Assembly: GCA_964411565.1 (NCBI GenBank)
Contig: CAYPLB010000001.1
Span: 106,839 to 170,838 of the forward strand
Length of the DNA: 64,000 nt
Reading direction: 5' to 3'
Origin: Candidatus Woesearchaeota archaeon
GTDB lineage: Archaea > Nanobdellota > Nanobdellia > SCGC-AAA011-G17 > GW2011-AR17
The notes beneath the pieces were generated by a model that made no database searches, was not told where the DNA came from, and saw only the letters and a list, made by a program, of their open reading frames with translations. The position numbers and the translations under genes were made by a program. Positions 18,438 to 27,903 of the stretch are shown one piece after another (positions within the stretch are counted from its first letter, which is position 1; every line of letters begins with the position of its first letter).

Positions 18438-19543
18438 AAAAAGTTTTGTTTATTTTAGAAGATTTTTATCCTATGAAAGGAGCTCCTGCAGTAAGGATTA
18501 ATTCTTTTATTAAAAAATTTAAAGATTGTAAAGTTGAAGTTCTTGGTGGTTCAAGCGAAAAGGTTTACAAGAGAGGATGGTATATAATACATAGGCCTTC
18601 AGAAAGTAAGTTGTTTTCATTTATTTGGTTTTTAATAAAAATGAATGTAAAAGCTGTTTATTTAACTTTAATAAAAAGGTATGATCTTGTTGTTGTTTCT
18701 ATTCCTAAATATGAAGTTTTGTTGAGTTTTCCTTTAATTAAATTGTTGAGTAAGAAGACTGTTTTGGATATTAGAGATTCGTTTGAATTTTTGAGATATG
18801 ATTCTTATTTTAAACATTTTTTTCCAAGGGTAGTGGCAGAAGGTTTGGGTGCTTTTGTAAAAAATTATTTTGTGAGAGGATTTTTGAATGTAAGTTTTAA
18901 ATTAGCAGATTTGATTACTGTGGCAAATAGAGGTATTAAAAATTCTCTTTCAGGGTTAGATAATGTTTATGTTGTTTCTAATGGGGTAGATGTAGACTTG
19001 TTTAGGCCTAAAAATAAAATGAAAAAATCAAATTTACAATTAATTTATGTTGGTAATTATTCTGAAAAAGATAGATTTCATTGGATTCTAAATGTAGTCC
19101 CCAAATTTAATGTAACTTTGAATTTAGTTGGGAATGGTAGATGTAAAGGAAAAATTTTGAAAAAATTCAAGGAAAGAGATGTTGATTATGTTGATCATGG
19201 ATTTGTAAAACATGAAGATATGCCTAGAATTTTATCTTCAATGGATCTAGGTTTTATATTTAGAGATGCTGAAATTAATGAATCAATTCCTGTATCTGTT
19301 TATGAGTTTTGTGCAATGAATATTCCTACATTAATAAATGATGTTGGTATTATGTCTAAGTTTGTTAAAGAAAATAATTTAGGATTTGTTTTGAGAAGTC
19401 AAGAAGATTTTCAAGTATTAATGAAGAACTTTGTAATAAATCGAGGTGAATTGAGTAAATTTTCTAATTTACATACTTTAGCTGTTGATAATTTTTCTAG
19501 GAAAAAAGAAGCTGAGAAATTTAGAAATCTAGTTTTAAGTTAG
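18434..19543 (+). CDS. GT4-like glycosyltransferase
   Basis: 369 aa. It overlaps the upstream stop by 4 nt. The C-terminal region ESIPVSVYEFCAMNIPTLINDVG is GT-B/GT4-like. Confidence 0.6.
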   Translation: MKKVLFILEDFYPMKGAPAVRINSFIKKFKDCKVEVLGGSSEKVYKRGWYIIHRPSESKLFSFIWFLIKMNVKAVYLTLIKRYDLVVVSIPKYEVLLSFPLIKLLSKKTVLDIRDSFEFLRYDSYFKHFFPRVVAEGLGAFVKNYFVRGFLNVSFKLADLITVANRGIKNSLSGLDNVYVVSNGVDVDLFRPKNKMKKSNLQLIYVGNYSEKDRFHWILNVVPKFNVTLNLVGNGRCKGKILKKFKERDVDYVDHGFVKHEDMPRILSSMDLGFIFRDAEINESIPVSVYEFCAMNIPTLINDVGIMSKFVKENNLGFVLRSQEDFQVLMKNFVINRGELSKFSNLHTLAVDNFSRKKEAEKFRNLVLS

Positions 19544-20573
19544 GAAGTCTTGTTACTTCGTAGATTCTCAAGGATAATGTATTTGGATCTGATGTTCTTT
19601 CAGTTAATAATTTGGTTTTTGAATTTAAGTTTCTTCTGAATTGTTTTTCTAATGCTGTTTTAAACATCTTTGATGGTTTATTGAAGTGTTCTTTGAATGT
19701 GTAAATAAAAAATGCAGTTTCAATTCCTGAAGGATTGTAAGCAAAACCATACTTGCTTTTTTCTGCGATTTTTAAGTGTTCTTTACTTAAAGCATATTGA
19801 GTTAGCTTTTTGAATTTTTTTGATCTCCAAAATGAATGGGAAGGAAATTTTTGTTTTAACATTGCTAGAGCATAAAGATTGAATGCATGGTAAGCAGCTT
19901 CTTTTTTGTAAAGATATCTTTTTGAAGTTTTGTTCTTTAAAAAATTTAATGGAGTAATTATTTGAGGATAAATGAAATGTCTTATTAATCCATTTTTGTG
20001 AATATGTAAGTTATTTTCAAGCTCGTCCATGAATTTGTTAACCTCTTTTCCAATACTGTCTTTTTTGGAATTAGAAATTAAAGAAGAACAAGCAGCAAAC
20101 CAAAGTTGGTGATTAAATGTTAAATCTAGGAATAATTCTCTTCCATTTATTTCTCTTTTTTTCCAATAGGATAGAAAATTGTGGTAGTTTATGTAGTGGA
20201 AAGTCTGTTTTGCTAAGTTTTTATATTTTATCTCTTTAGTGTTTTCATAAGCAATCATTAAAGCTTCTATTGACCAGGCTTGTCCAATTAAACCATTACA
20301 TTTGTCTTTACCTTTTTTGTTTCTATAATAAAAAGTATAATTGTGTGGTCTAGCTTCTTTTAAGAAAAGAAAATTTATGTGTTTTATAGCAGCTTTTTTG
20401 TATTTTATCTTTTTTGTAATTTTATAAGCTTTGAAGAATAAAATAGAAAGGTGTGCATGAGTTCTAACCATTGTTTCGGGATCTTTGTAAGGACCATTGT
20501 GACCTGATTTGGTTTTACTTTTAAGAAAATAATCTGCATTTTTTATTATTATAGTATTAAGGTCTGTTTTCAT
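19521..20573 (-). CDS. hypothetical protein, possibly (alpha/alpha)-toroid fold sugar-modifying enzyme
   Basis: 350 aa, all-helical and K-rich, with a weak GQAWSIEAL signal. It has no firm family assignment. Confidence 0.4.
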   Translation of the reverse strand: MKTDLNTIIIKNADYFLKSKTKSGHNGPYKDPETMVRTHAHLSILFFKAYKITKKIKYKKAAIKHINFLFLKEARPHNYTFYYRNKKGKDKCNGLIGQAWSIEALMIAYENTKEIKYKNLAKQTFHYINYHNFLSYWKKREINGRELFLDLTFNHQLWFAACSSLISNSKKDSIGKEVNKFMDELENNLHIHKNGLIRHFIYPQIITPLNFLKNKTSKRYLYKKEAAYHAFNLYALAMLKQKFPSHSFWRSKKFKKLTQYALSKEHLKIAEKSKYGFAYNPSGIETAFFIYTFKEHFNKPSKMFKTALEKQFRRNLNSKTKLLTERTSDPNTLSLRIYEVTRLPNLKLDF

Positions 20574-21972
20574 TTTTTAGATGTTTTTTGGCTTTGTAAG
20601 TCATTACACTAACCATAGCAATGTCAAATAATCCTCCATATAATGTGAAGAAAATCATGTAATATTCTAAAATACCAAAAATGCTAAAAAGAATTATACT
20701 GTGACATAAGAAAAAATCGTTTAACATAAATTCTTTTAGCCATCCTCTTTTCTTTCTCTCTTTTTTTACTTCATCCATTCCGAAGTTAAACATTACTCTA
20801 AAGTTATATTGAACTATTACAGAGAATTCTAATACTGCAAAAGCTGTGAATGTCCAAATCCAAACATATACTGAAGGATTATTTAAGTAAATACCCCAGG
20901 CTATTGCAAAGAATAAAATAGGGTTCATTATCCTATCAGCTATTTTATCGTACCAACCACCTAATGGAGAACACATGTCTTTTTGTCTTGCTAAATTTCC
21001 ATCTACAGTGTCGAAAACGAATGATAAATAGTAAAGTAAAGAAGCTATTAAAACATAAACATAAATTCCTGTTGAGTAGAAATATGATGCTACTATAAGT
21101 AATAACATGCTAAAAAAAGTTACTTGGTTTGGTGTAATTTTTGTATCTTTTATTGCATGAACAATGAAGTATGTAAGTGTAACATGAGGAATTCTTAAAA
21201 TATCTGTGTAAAGTCCTTCTTTGATATGTTTGCCTTCTCTAATTTCTTTTAATGAAAGTTTTTTCTTTTTTGTTTTTGTAGTTTGTTTATTGAATTTGTA
21301 AATTCTTAATCTTGTTTCAGGGAATTTGTTTAATTCACAACCCTCTTCAAACATGTTGTTATGTTTTATGATATCAAAACCTATACTCTTGAAGAAATTT
21401 ATGTATTGTTCTGGAGTTCTGTAAGTTGCACTGTAATAAGTTTGTAGAGCTTCTGAAAATCTTCTATTAATCTCATATCTGCCTTTGATACCTGTTCCAT
21501 CTCTTAAAATTATTTTTGTATTCTCATGTGAATATTGTCTAATCTTTTCTCCTAATTTTATTAAATCAGTATCATTTAAGTAAATTAAAAGTCTTGAGAT
21601 AAAAATTATGTCATATTTTGTTTGACTATCATATTCTTGAGCTGAAGCTTGGAAATATTTTATGTTGTTTATTCCTTGTTCTTTACATTTCTTTTTCCCT
21701 AAAGCAATTAAATCGAAACAATAATCTACTATATGAACTTCTTTAGCTTTTTTTGCAAATCTGAATGCCCATCTACCATAGCCACCAGCTAAATCTAGAA
21801 TGGTTTTATTATGTAAATTTGGAAGAAATTCGTCAACTCTTTTTTCTTCTAAGTCTGTTTTTAATTTTCTTAACCTATTATCATCTTCAAGATTAGTAAT
21901 GCCTTTGTTGTCACTATGTTGTTCTGCTCTCTTTTCCCAAAAGTCTTTTACTTCCTTTAAGTTGATTGCCAT
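20557..21972 (-). CDS. fusion protein: N-terminal class I SAM methyltransferase + C-terminal CDP-alcohol phosphatidyltransferase
   Basis: 471 aa. The N-terminus has ILDLAGGYGRWAF (motif I). The C-terminus has DTVDGNLARQKDMCSPLGGWYDKIADR, an exact D-G-x2-A-R-x8-G-x3-D-x3-D signature, within a multi-TM region. Confidence 0.75.
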   Translation of the reverse strand: MAINLKEVKDFWEKRAEQHSDNKGITNLEDDNRLRKLKTDLEEKRVDEFLPNLHNKTILDLAGGYGRWAFRFAKKAKEVHIVDYCFDLIALGKKKCKEQGINNIKYFQASAQEYDSQTKYDIIFISRLLIYLNDTDLIKLGEKIRQYSHENTKIILRDGTGIKGRYEINRRFSEALQTYYSATYRTPEQYINFFKSIGFDIIKHNNMFEEGCELNKFPETRLRIYKFNKQTTKTKKKKLSLKEIREGKHIKEGLYTDILRIPHVTLTYFIVHAIKDTKITPNQVTFFSMLLLIVASYFYSTGIYVYVLIASLLYYLSFVFDTVDGNLARQKDMCSPLGGWYDKIADRIMNPILFFAIAWGIYLNNPSVYVWIWTFTAFAVLEFSVIVQYNFRVMFNFGMDEVKKERKKRGWLKEFMLNDFFLCHSIILFSIFGILEYYMIFFTLYGGLFDIAMVSVMTYKAKKHLKNENRP

Positions 21973-23216
21973 TTTAAGTATGATAATTTTGTATTTGTTA
22001 ATAATTTGTTTGATAAACTTAAATTTTTAGGTTTTTTGATTCTTGTATTAAATAAGAAATCCATGTTAAAGGTTGTGAATTCGTTTTCTTGCTTTGTTGG
22101 GATAGGTAATACTCGAATGCCTAATGGTTTGTCTAATGTTGATGATAAAGATGCTATATCTAAGATAATAGAGTTTAGCTCTTCTTCAAAAATGTCACCA
22201 GGTAAAGGAACCATGTCTAGACCACATCCGCAAACAGCTGAGTATGATATTAATGAGTCAATTGAAAATAATTTGTTGTTATTTCTTAAACCTAATTGTT
22301 CATCTTCTAATAAAGAAAACATAACTCCATTGAATCCTGTAGTTGGGATGTTATTTCTTTTCTGAATTTCTTTTAAGATGTCAGTTAAATAGGAAGTTAA
22401 GAATAAAGTTCCATTGCTACCAAGTTGTTCTAAACCTAAGAGTTCTATTAATTCTGCTACACTACTACCTTTCTCTGGATAAGGTGCAAGAGAAAAATCT
22501 ATTCCATGATATTTAATAAAATGTTTATTTGTTAAAACTGTTAACATTTTATTTATTTGATTTATTTTTGGAGATATTTTTGTTATTATTTCTTCCCTTA
22601 ATGAAATTAAATCTTTGTTTTCAGAAGAGTTGATTATTTGTATGAACTCTTTTGGAAGTTCTAAACCTGCTGAAATACCTAGTTCTTCTGAACTGTATGT
22701 GTATGGAAAGAAAGGTGTGTTTGCTTTTATGTTACAAGAAATACCTACTCTGAAATTATTATAACCAGAGTTATCTAATTTTGATACGTCTTTGATGAAT
22801 TTACTTGCAATAGGTATTGAATTGTAAGAAATGTTTTTGTTTTTTGCAACAATTAAATTTGAAAAAGTTTTTGAGTATCTTTTTAAGATTGTTAAGGCTA
22901 ATTTGGATAATTCTTTTGGATTCTCGGTTAAATCAAAAGGTATGTTTATCCATCTAATGTTTAATCTGTCTGCAAAGCTTGAAAAAGTTTCTATTTTTCC
23001 TATTATTTTTTGTGAATTTAAATCTGAATTTTTGTTTGTGATTGGAGTTAAGTTTATTCTAAATGTTCTAACATTGATGTTTTCCATAGCTAAAGCTATT
23101 GTTGTTTCTTCAAGAAAATTTTTTAGTTTTGATTCTAGATGTAATAAAGTATCAGATTCTATGTCAATAGGAATCCCAATTGTTATTGTTCTAAGATCCA
23201 TTTTTTGTTTTCTCAA
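21957..23216 (-). CDS. hypothetical protein
   Basis: 419 aa, soluble, with no recognisable motif. It is operonic with flanking genes (16-nt and 26-nt overlaps). Confidence 0.45.
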   Translation of the reverse strand: MRKQKMDLRTITIGIPIDIESDTLLHLESKLKNFLEETTIALAMENINVRTFRINLTPITNKNSDLNSQKIIGKIETFSSFADRLNIRWINIPFDLTENPKELSKLALTILKRYSKTFSNLIVAKNKNISYNSIPIASKFIKDVSKLDNSGYNNFRVGISCNIKANTPFFPYTYSSEELGISAGLELPKEFIQIINSSENKDLISLREEIITKISPKINQINKMLTVLTNKHFIKYHGIDFSLAPYPEKGSSVAELIELLGLEQLGSNGTLFLTSYLTDILKEIQKRNNIPTTGFNGVMFSLLEDEQLGLRNNNKLFSIDSLISYSAVCGCGLDMVPLPGDIFEEELNSIILDIASLSSTLDKPLGIRVLPIPTKQENEFTTFNMDFLFNTRIKKPKNLSLSNKLLTNTKLSYLKWQST

Positions 23217-25011
23217 TTAAATTAATGTAATCTAAAGGGGTATTTATCTCATGGAAGAATATATCTTTTATGTCAATAATGTTTATTTCAAAATTTTCTA
23301 AAGGTAAATTGATTCCAGCAAAAACATTTTTGTTGTTTAAACATCTTTTTTTCCATTCTCTTAAAATATCTGGATTTGAAATTTTGAATATTCCTGTTGT
23401 TTCAGGTTCATTTGAAAAATCTTCTCCAAAAAACATATCTTTTATTATTCCTTCTTCAGATTTACATCTTACTGTGTTATAACCTTTGTTTTCTGATTGA
23501 AATACAAATACTGAGTTATCTGGTGAAGATTCTATTAAATTTAACATTTCTTCGTCGAAAATTAAGTCTGATGATGTGACTATTGTAGGTCGGTCATCTA
23601 AAGCTAAACTTAAACTATAGCTATTTCCTGTGATTCTCCATTGGTCATTGTAAACATAATTTAAATGAGGATATTCTTGCATAACATGTAAAGCTTTGTG
23701 GCCTAAAACTACTGTGATTTCATAATCTTTGAAAAGCCTAGAATATTTTTCTATTAAAGTTTCTTGATTTTTCGGATCTTTTATGAAAAGTTTGTTTAAA
23801 CCATGAACTTTGAAACCTTGGCCTGCAGCTAGGATAATTAATCTTTTAGATTTATTTTCCTTTTCTATTAGAATCTCTCCTTTTAAGTTTTCTAATGGAA
23901 TATAACATTCACTAATTACTCTGGGAAAATTGTGTTTGACAGTTTTGTAAGGATATATGTCTCCTTGGTTTGCCCTTGCTATTACTGTAGGAATATCAAC
24001 ATATTCTTCTTTTCTTAAAGTCCAAACTTTTACATCTTCATAATTAAAACCTTGTGTAGGTATTTTTTTAATCCCCATTCTTATTGCAGCTTGTAATCTA
24101 TGTTGGCCGTCAAGAACTAAGTTGTGATTTTTTTCAATATAAATTGGTTTTAACCATGCACCATCTTTTTCAATTTTTTCTACTAAAATATTAACTCTTT
24201 CTTCATCAAAATTTTCTATATGTTTAAGTTTTTCAGTTTCTATGAAATTAATTTCTTTTTCTTTTGGTTGTTCTTCATCAAATTCTAACTCTACAGCTTT
24301 GTAGTAATCCTCTGGAGAATTGAAAGTTGAAAATTTATATTGGCTAGCATTTCCTTCAATACATGGTAAGTGATTTAAGTTTTCAATCCATGGTATTAAG
24401 AAATATTGTTTGAAAGTTTTTTCTGCATAAATGTTAACAAGTTTTTTGAATAAGTCAATTTCATTTGGACCCACTCTCATTAAACCTGTTAGTTTTGTAT
24501 GGTTTTTGTATTCTTCTCTGTATTCTGGAACTATTCTAATATCATTTATGTTACCTAACTCATCTGATCTTAAAATACCACCATATTGAGTATCATTAAA
24601 TTTTCCTTTTGTAAGCCAAGTTGATTTCCCTTCAAAGTCAGAACCAGCTAAATATTGTAATAATGAATCTTCAGCAATCATATCAGCTTCAACAATAATA
24701 AAAGGATTTTCTATATGATCTAAAGCAAGTTTCATAGAATAAATGTTAGTATCTTCAAAATATCTAGGATTTTCTACAATTTGTATTTCAATATCTGCTA
24801 TATTTTTTGTTTCTTCAATAATTTTATCTTTTGCAAAGCCCACAACAATTATAATTTTTTCAATATTAGCTTTTTTTAATTGATTGATAACTCTAGATAA
24901 GATAGTTTGATCTTTGTATTTCAATAAAGACTTGTGTTTTCCCTCACAAAGCAATCCCATTCTTCGGCTAGATCCTGCAGCTAGAATTATAGCCTCTTTA
25001 ATCTCGTTCAC
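23191..25011 (-). CDS. tri-domain protein: nucleotidyltransferase - ParB/sulfiredoxin-like domain - nucleotidyltransferase
   Basis: 606 aa. The N-terminus has AIILAAGSSRRMG (sugar/alcohol-phosphate NTase G-x-G-x-R loop). The middle has LVLDGQHRLQAAIRMG (ParB/Srx-type DGxHR). The C-terminus has a second LIILAAGQGFKV NTase-like domain. Confidence 0.6.
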   Translation of the reverse strand: MNEIKEAIILAAGSSRRMGLLCEGKHKSLLKYKDQTILSRVINQLKKANIEKIIIVVGFAKDKIIEETKNIADIEIQIVENPRYFEDTNIYSMKLALDHIENPFIIVEADMIAEDSLLQYLAGSDFEGKSTWLTKGKFNDTQYGGILRSDELGNINDIRIVPEYREEYKNHTKLTGLMRVGPNEIDLFKKLVNIYAEKTFKQYFLIPWIENLNHLPCIEGNASQYKFSTFNSPEDYYKAVELEFDEEQPKEKEINFIETEKLKHIENFDEERVNILVEKIEKDGAWLKPIYIEKNHNLVLDGQHRLQAAIRMGIKKIPTQGFNYEDVKVWTLRKEEYVDIPTVIARANQGDIYPYKTVKHNFPRVISECYIPLENLKGEILIEKENKSKRLIILAAGQGFKVHGLNKLFIKDPKNQETLIEKYSRLFKDYEITVVLGHKALHVMQEYPHLNYVYNDQWRITGNSYSLSLALDDRPTIVTSSDLIFDEEMLNLIESSPDNSVFVFQSENKGYNTVRCKSEEGIIKDMFFGEDFSNEPETTGIFKISNPDILREWKKRCLNNKNVFAGINLPLENFEINIIDIKDIFFHEINTPLDYINLIEKTKNGS

Positions 25012-25116
25012 GAGAGAAATCTATTCTATTTGCTTTTTAAGTTTTATGGAGTTCTTATATGTTATTTAGAGAATATTTACATAAGGCTTATATAGGATTT
25101 ATTTATTTTTTTAATT

Positions 25117-25764
25117 ATGGTAAGCACATTATTAAAATATTTTGAGGATATACCTCAGATTGGTTTTTTGTTAAAAGATAATTTTCCTTTGGCTAAAGCA
25201 ACTGGTGTTCCACAAGCTTTTGAAGGAGAAGAACCTAATTGGGATATGTTAAGAGAACAATTTGGAGATGCAATTTATATTAATAGAGGGACAAAGAATG
25301 AGTGGAGAGAAGTTTCTGTAGCAACACCTTATAATTTAGACAAAAGAATGATTCCTTCAGGAAGATTATTGAGAGTTCCAGGACAGAAAATAGATTCTTT
25401 TTCGGTACAAGCTCATAGAAGAGGTGCTTTAGAAGATTTTTCTTGGATGGAGACTGGACAATATTGTTTTGCTTTAACTCCAGATGGAAATAATATTATT
25501 GTTGGTACTAGGGGTGGATCAGAAAGTGTTGGAGAAGTGATAGCTTTGCCTGTAGGTAGTGTTGAATATAATCAAATTTCTGATGGTCGAGATTTAGCTT
25601 TAGAAGCAACTATTAAAGAAGGATATGAAGAAGGAGTAATTCAAGAACATGAATGGGATTTTATTAGACCTTTAGGAATTTATAGACAAGAACCTGGAAG
25701 TACAGCACCTTCAAATATTTTTATGTATCTAGGACAATTGAATATTCCTTTTGAAGAAGTTTAG
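25117..25764 (+). CDS. hypothetical protein
   Basis: 215 aa and soluble. It is richer in G/E/R than its neighbours and has no motif. Confidence 0.45.
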   Translation: MVSTLLKYFEDIPQIGFLLKDNFPLAKATGVPQAFEGEEPNWDMLREQFGDAIYINRGTKNEWREVSVATPYNLDKRMIPSGRLLRVPGQKIDSFSVQAHRRGALEDFSWMETGQYCFALTPDGNNIIVGTRGGSESVGEVIALPVGSVEYNQISDGRDLALEATIKEGYEEGVIQEHEWDFIRPLGIYRQEPGSTAPSNIFMYLGQLNIPFEEV

Positions 25765-25773
25765 AAGAGGCAT

Positions 25774-26121
25774 TTGAGATCAATGTTATTGTATATGAAT
25801 GCAAGAGCTGAAGGAGCTTTTGAGTCCAGTGCTGATGAATCTGAAGTAGAATCTTTTGCTAGAAGAACTTTAGATAGAAAAGCAAAAGAAAATCCTGGAA
25901 TGTATGCAAGAGATGCTTGGGAGAATCAACATTTAGGTTTAATACCTGCTGATCCCGAAGAGTTAGTTAGTTTATTGAAAAAAACTGATGAAACTTTAAA
26001 ACATGGGATGTTTGGAGCAATGGCTTTATACATTAAGCATGTTGGAGGAGATAAAGTTTATGGTCAATTTATGGATGTTTCTTCAGTTAAAAAACAATTA
26101 ATTGAAGGAAGAAATTATTAA
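25774..26121 (+). CDS. hypothetical protein
   Basis: 115 aa. It sits 9 nt downstream of the previous gene and is probably co-transcribed. Confidence 0.45.
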   Translation: MRSMLLYMNARAEGAFESSADESEVESFARRTLDRKAKENPGMYARDAWENQHLGLIPADPEELVSLLKKTDETLKHGMFGAMALYIKHVGGDKVYGQFMDVSSVKKQLIEGRNY

Positions 26122-26126
26122 TTTTT

Positions 26127-26375
26127 TTATTTGTATATATTTTTTCTATGTCCAATTTCAATTACAATTATCGTTAACTTACCATTGTTAATGTCAAGTA
26201 TAGCTCTATATTTTCCTATTCTTAATCTAAAATAAGGAGAAGAAATTAATTTTTTTACATGAGCATGAGGCCTAACTCTTGATCTTTCCAAAACTGAGAT
26301 TATTCTAATTTTTTCTTCTTTATTGAGCTTTTTAAGAAATTTTTTAGCTTCATTTGTAAAGAATAATTCAAACAT
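26127..26375 (-). CDS. RelE/ParE family toxin (type II TA)
   Basis: 82 aa. FRLRIGKYRAILDINNGKLTIIVIEIGHRKNIY is the typical RelE/ParE core. Its start codon overlaps the antitoxin stop (TAATG). Confidence 0.75.
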   Translation of the reverse strand: MFELFFTNEAKKFLKKLNKEEKIRIISVLERSRVRPHAHVKKLISSPYFRLRIGKYRAILDINNGKLTIIVIEIGHRKNIYK

Positions 26376-26596
26376 TAGAGATCAATCTCCTTTTTAACTT
26401 CGTCAAGAGAATAAATTCTTCCAGCTTTTATATCAGCTTCAGCTAGTTTGATTCTTTTTTTTGTCTCTTTTGATAATTCCATTGAATCTTCAAGAGCATC
26501 CCAAATTATTTCTTCGTATGATTCTTTGTCATAAAGCTTTCTTTCTTTTAACTTTGTAAGTAATTCCTGACTAATTTGAATAGTTGTTGTCGCCAT
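26375..26596 (-). CDS. antitoxin partner of RelE/ParE toxin
   Basis: The ORF track gives 26375..26641. The likely start is the internal Met at 26596 (MATTTIQISQELLTKL...). It is helical with a 1-nt stop/start overlap with the toxin, and directly repeated gactata motifs lie upstream. Confidence 0.55.
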   Translation of the reverse strand: MATTTIQISQELLTKLKERKLYDKESYEEIIWDALEDSMELSKETKKRIKLAEADIKAGRIYSLDEVKKEIDL

Positions 26597-26637
26597 AATG
26601 ACTATATAAGTGACTATAGTATATAAACCTTTTGTTT

Positions 26638-27861
26638 TCACATTCCTTTGTAATTATATTTATAGAATTTCTTGTAAAATTTAGGTAAAGATTTTATTCT
26701 TAATTTATTCTTTTTTTTGTCTTTGAACCATAATGTAGATTTGTCTGGATAGTCTTCTTCAAATGTTGCTTTTGCTAAAATTACTTCCATATCTTCAGGC
26801 CAGAAGGAATAATCTGGAGTTAGATCAACACCCATCCATTTTTTTATTGTTTTATCCCAAATTTCTCTAGATATTGTGCCAAACCAATAGTTTAATTTTT
26901 TCTCAAAAGGAGCATTTAGATATTTTTCTTTCTTTGTGAAAGTTCTTCCAAATCTTCCCCATTCTAAAATTGGGAAACCTCTTAATCTTAATTTTGAATC
27001 TAATCTTTTTTCATATCTTTCTAAATTTCTTATTAATTTTTGTTTGTCCATTAAATTTTCTTTTAAGAATTTTTTTATTGTTTTACCTTTTGTAATTCCA
27101 TTTTCATATAAGTACATTGCTTGGACTGCTTTTCCATAGTTTTTTGGGAATGTAGGTGTATCAACATGTAACATGCCTCTTACAGGATCGTACATCGAAG
27201 GTCTGCCTCTTTCTAATTCTCCAGGATGTTTTTTACCATCCCAGAAAATGTGACCTATATGGTTATCGTAATGGTAAATATTTTCTAGGCCTAAACGACC
27301 TATAATGATTAAAGACATAACTCCATGAATAGATAATCTGTGTGGTAAAAATGCTAAAACATTGAAATCAAAGAATCTTTTTTTCTTTGCAGCTTTAGAG
27401 TTAATAATGAAAAACATATCATCAAAGTGGCCAGTTGGACAATCATGTCTGTACCTAGAAAATCCTAAACCTCGCATAGCAAATTCTTTTTTGTTTTTTT
27501 TCATTTCTTTAATAATTTTCAAAACTTGATCTTCTTTTAATGGCCAGGCATCAGTGTGTAAGTGCATAACATAATCTGCTCCTGCTTTTATTGCACCAGT
27601 ACAAGATTTTTTTATACAGTCAGCAACTCTGCATCTCATGTTAATACTGTTTCGCATCCAAGGCATATCTTTTGTAACATTAATATCATCGCCTCTTGTG
27701 AAAACATCAATGTCTAAATTTTTTATATGTGGTTTAGGACTTGGATGGTTACTACAAACAGAAATAATATAGTCACCTTTCCAATTCTTTCTAATAATAT
27801 CTATTAAAATAGCTAATTCTTCAAATTTGTCATATAAACTGATAGCAATTCCTATTTTCAT
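26638..27861 (-). CDS. hypothetical protein, possible GT-A-like nucleotide-sugar transferase
   Basis: 407 aa. MKIGIAISLYDKFEELAILIDII resembles the first beta-alpha unit of GT-A enzymes and HLHTDAW is a possible DxD-like site. The assignment is weak. Confidence 0.35.
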   Translation of the reverse strand: MKIGIAISLYDKFEELAILIDIIRKNWKGDYIISVCSNHPSPKPHIKNLDIDVFTRGDDINVTKDMPWMRNSINMRCRVADCIKKSCTGAIKAGADYVMHLHTDAWPLKEDQVLKIIKEMKKNKKEFAMRGLGFSRYRHDCPTGHFDDMFFIINSKAAKKKRFFDFNVLAFLPHRLSIHGVMSLIIIGRLGLENIYHYDNHIGHIFWDGKKHPGELERGRPSMYDPVRGMLHVDTPTFPKNYGKAVQAMYLYENGITKGKTIKKFLKENLMDKQKLIRNLERYEKRLDSKLRLRGFPILEWGRFGRTFTKKEKYLNAPFEKKLNYWFGTISREIWDKTIKKWMGVDLTPDYSFWPEDMEVILAKATFEEDYPDKSTLWFKDKKKNKLRIKSLPKFYKKFYKYNYKGM

Positions 27862-27903
27862 TGTAAAGAAAAATTAAAAATGTATTAATAAGTTTTTGGA
27901 AGA

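Noticed and set aside
26597-26641. First 15 codons of the ORF-track antitoxin (MKTKGLYTIVTYIVI)
   Set aside because: This hydrophobic extension overlaps the predicted TATA/operator repeats. The Met at 26596 followed by MATTTIQISQELL matches typical antitoxin N-termini.
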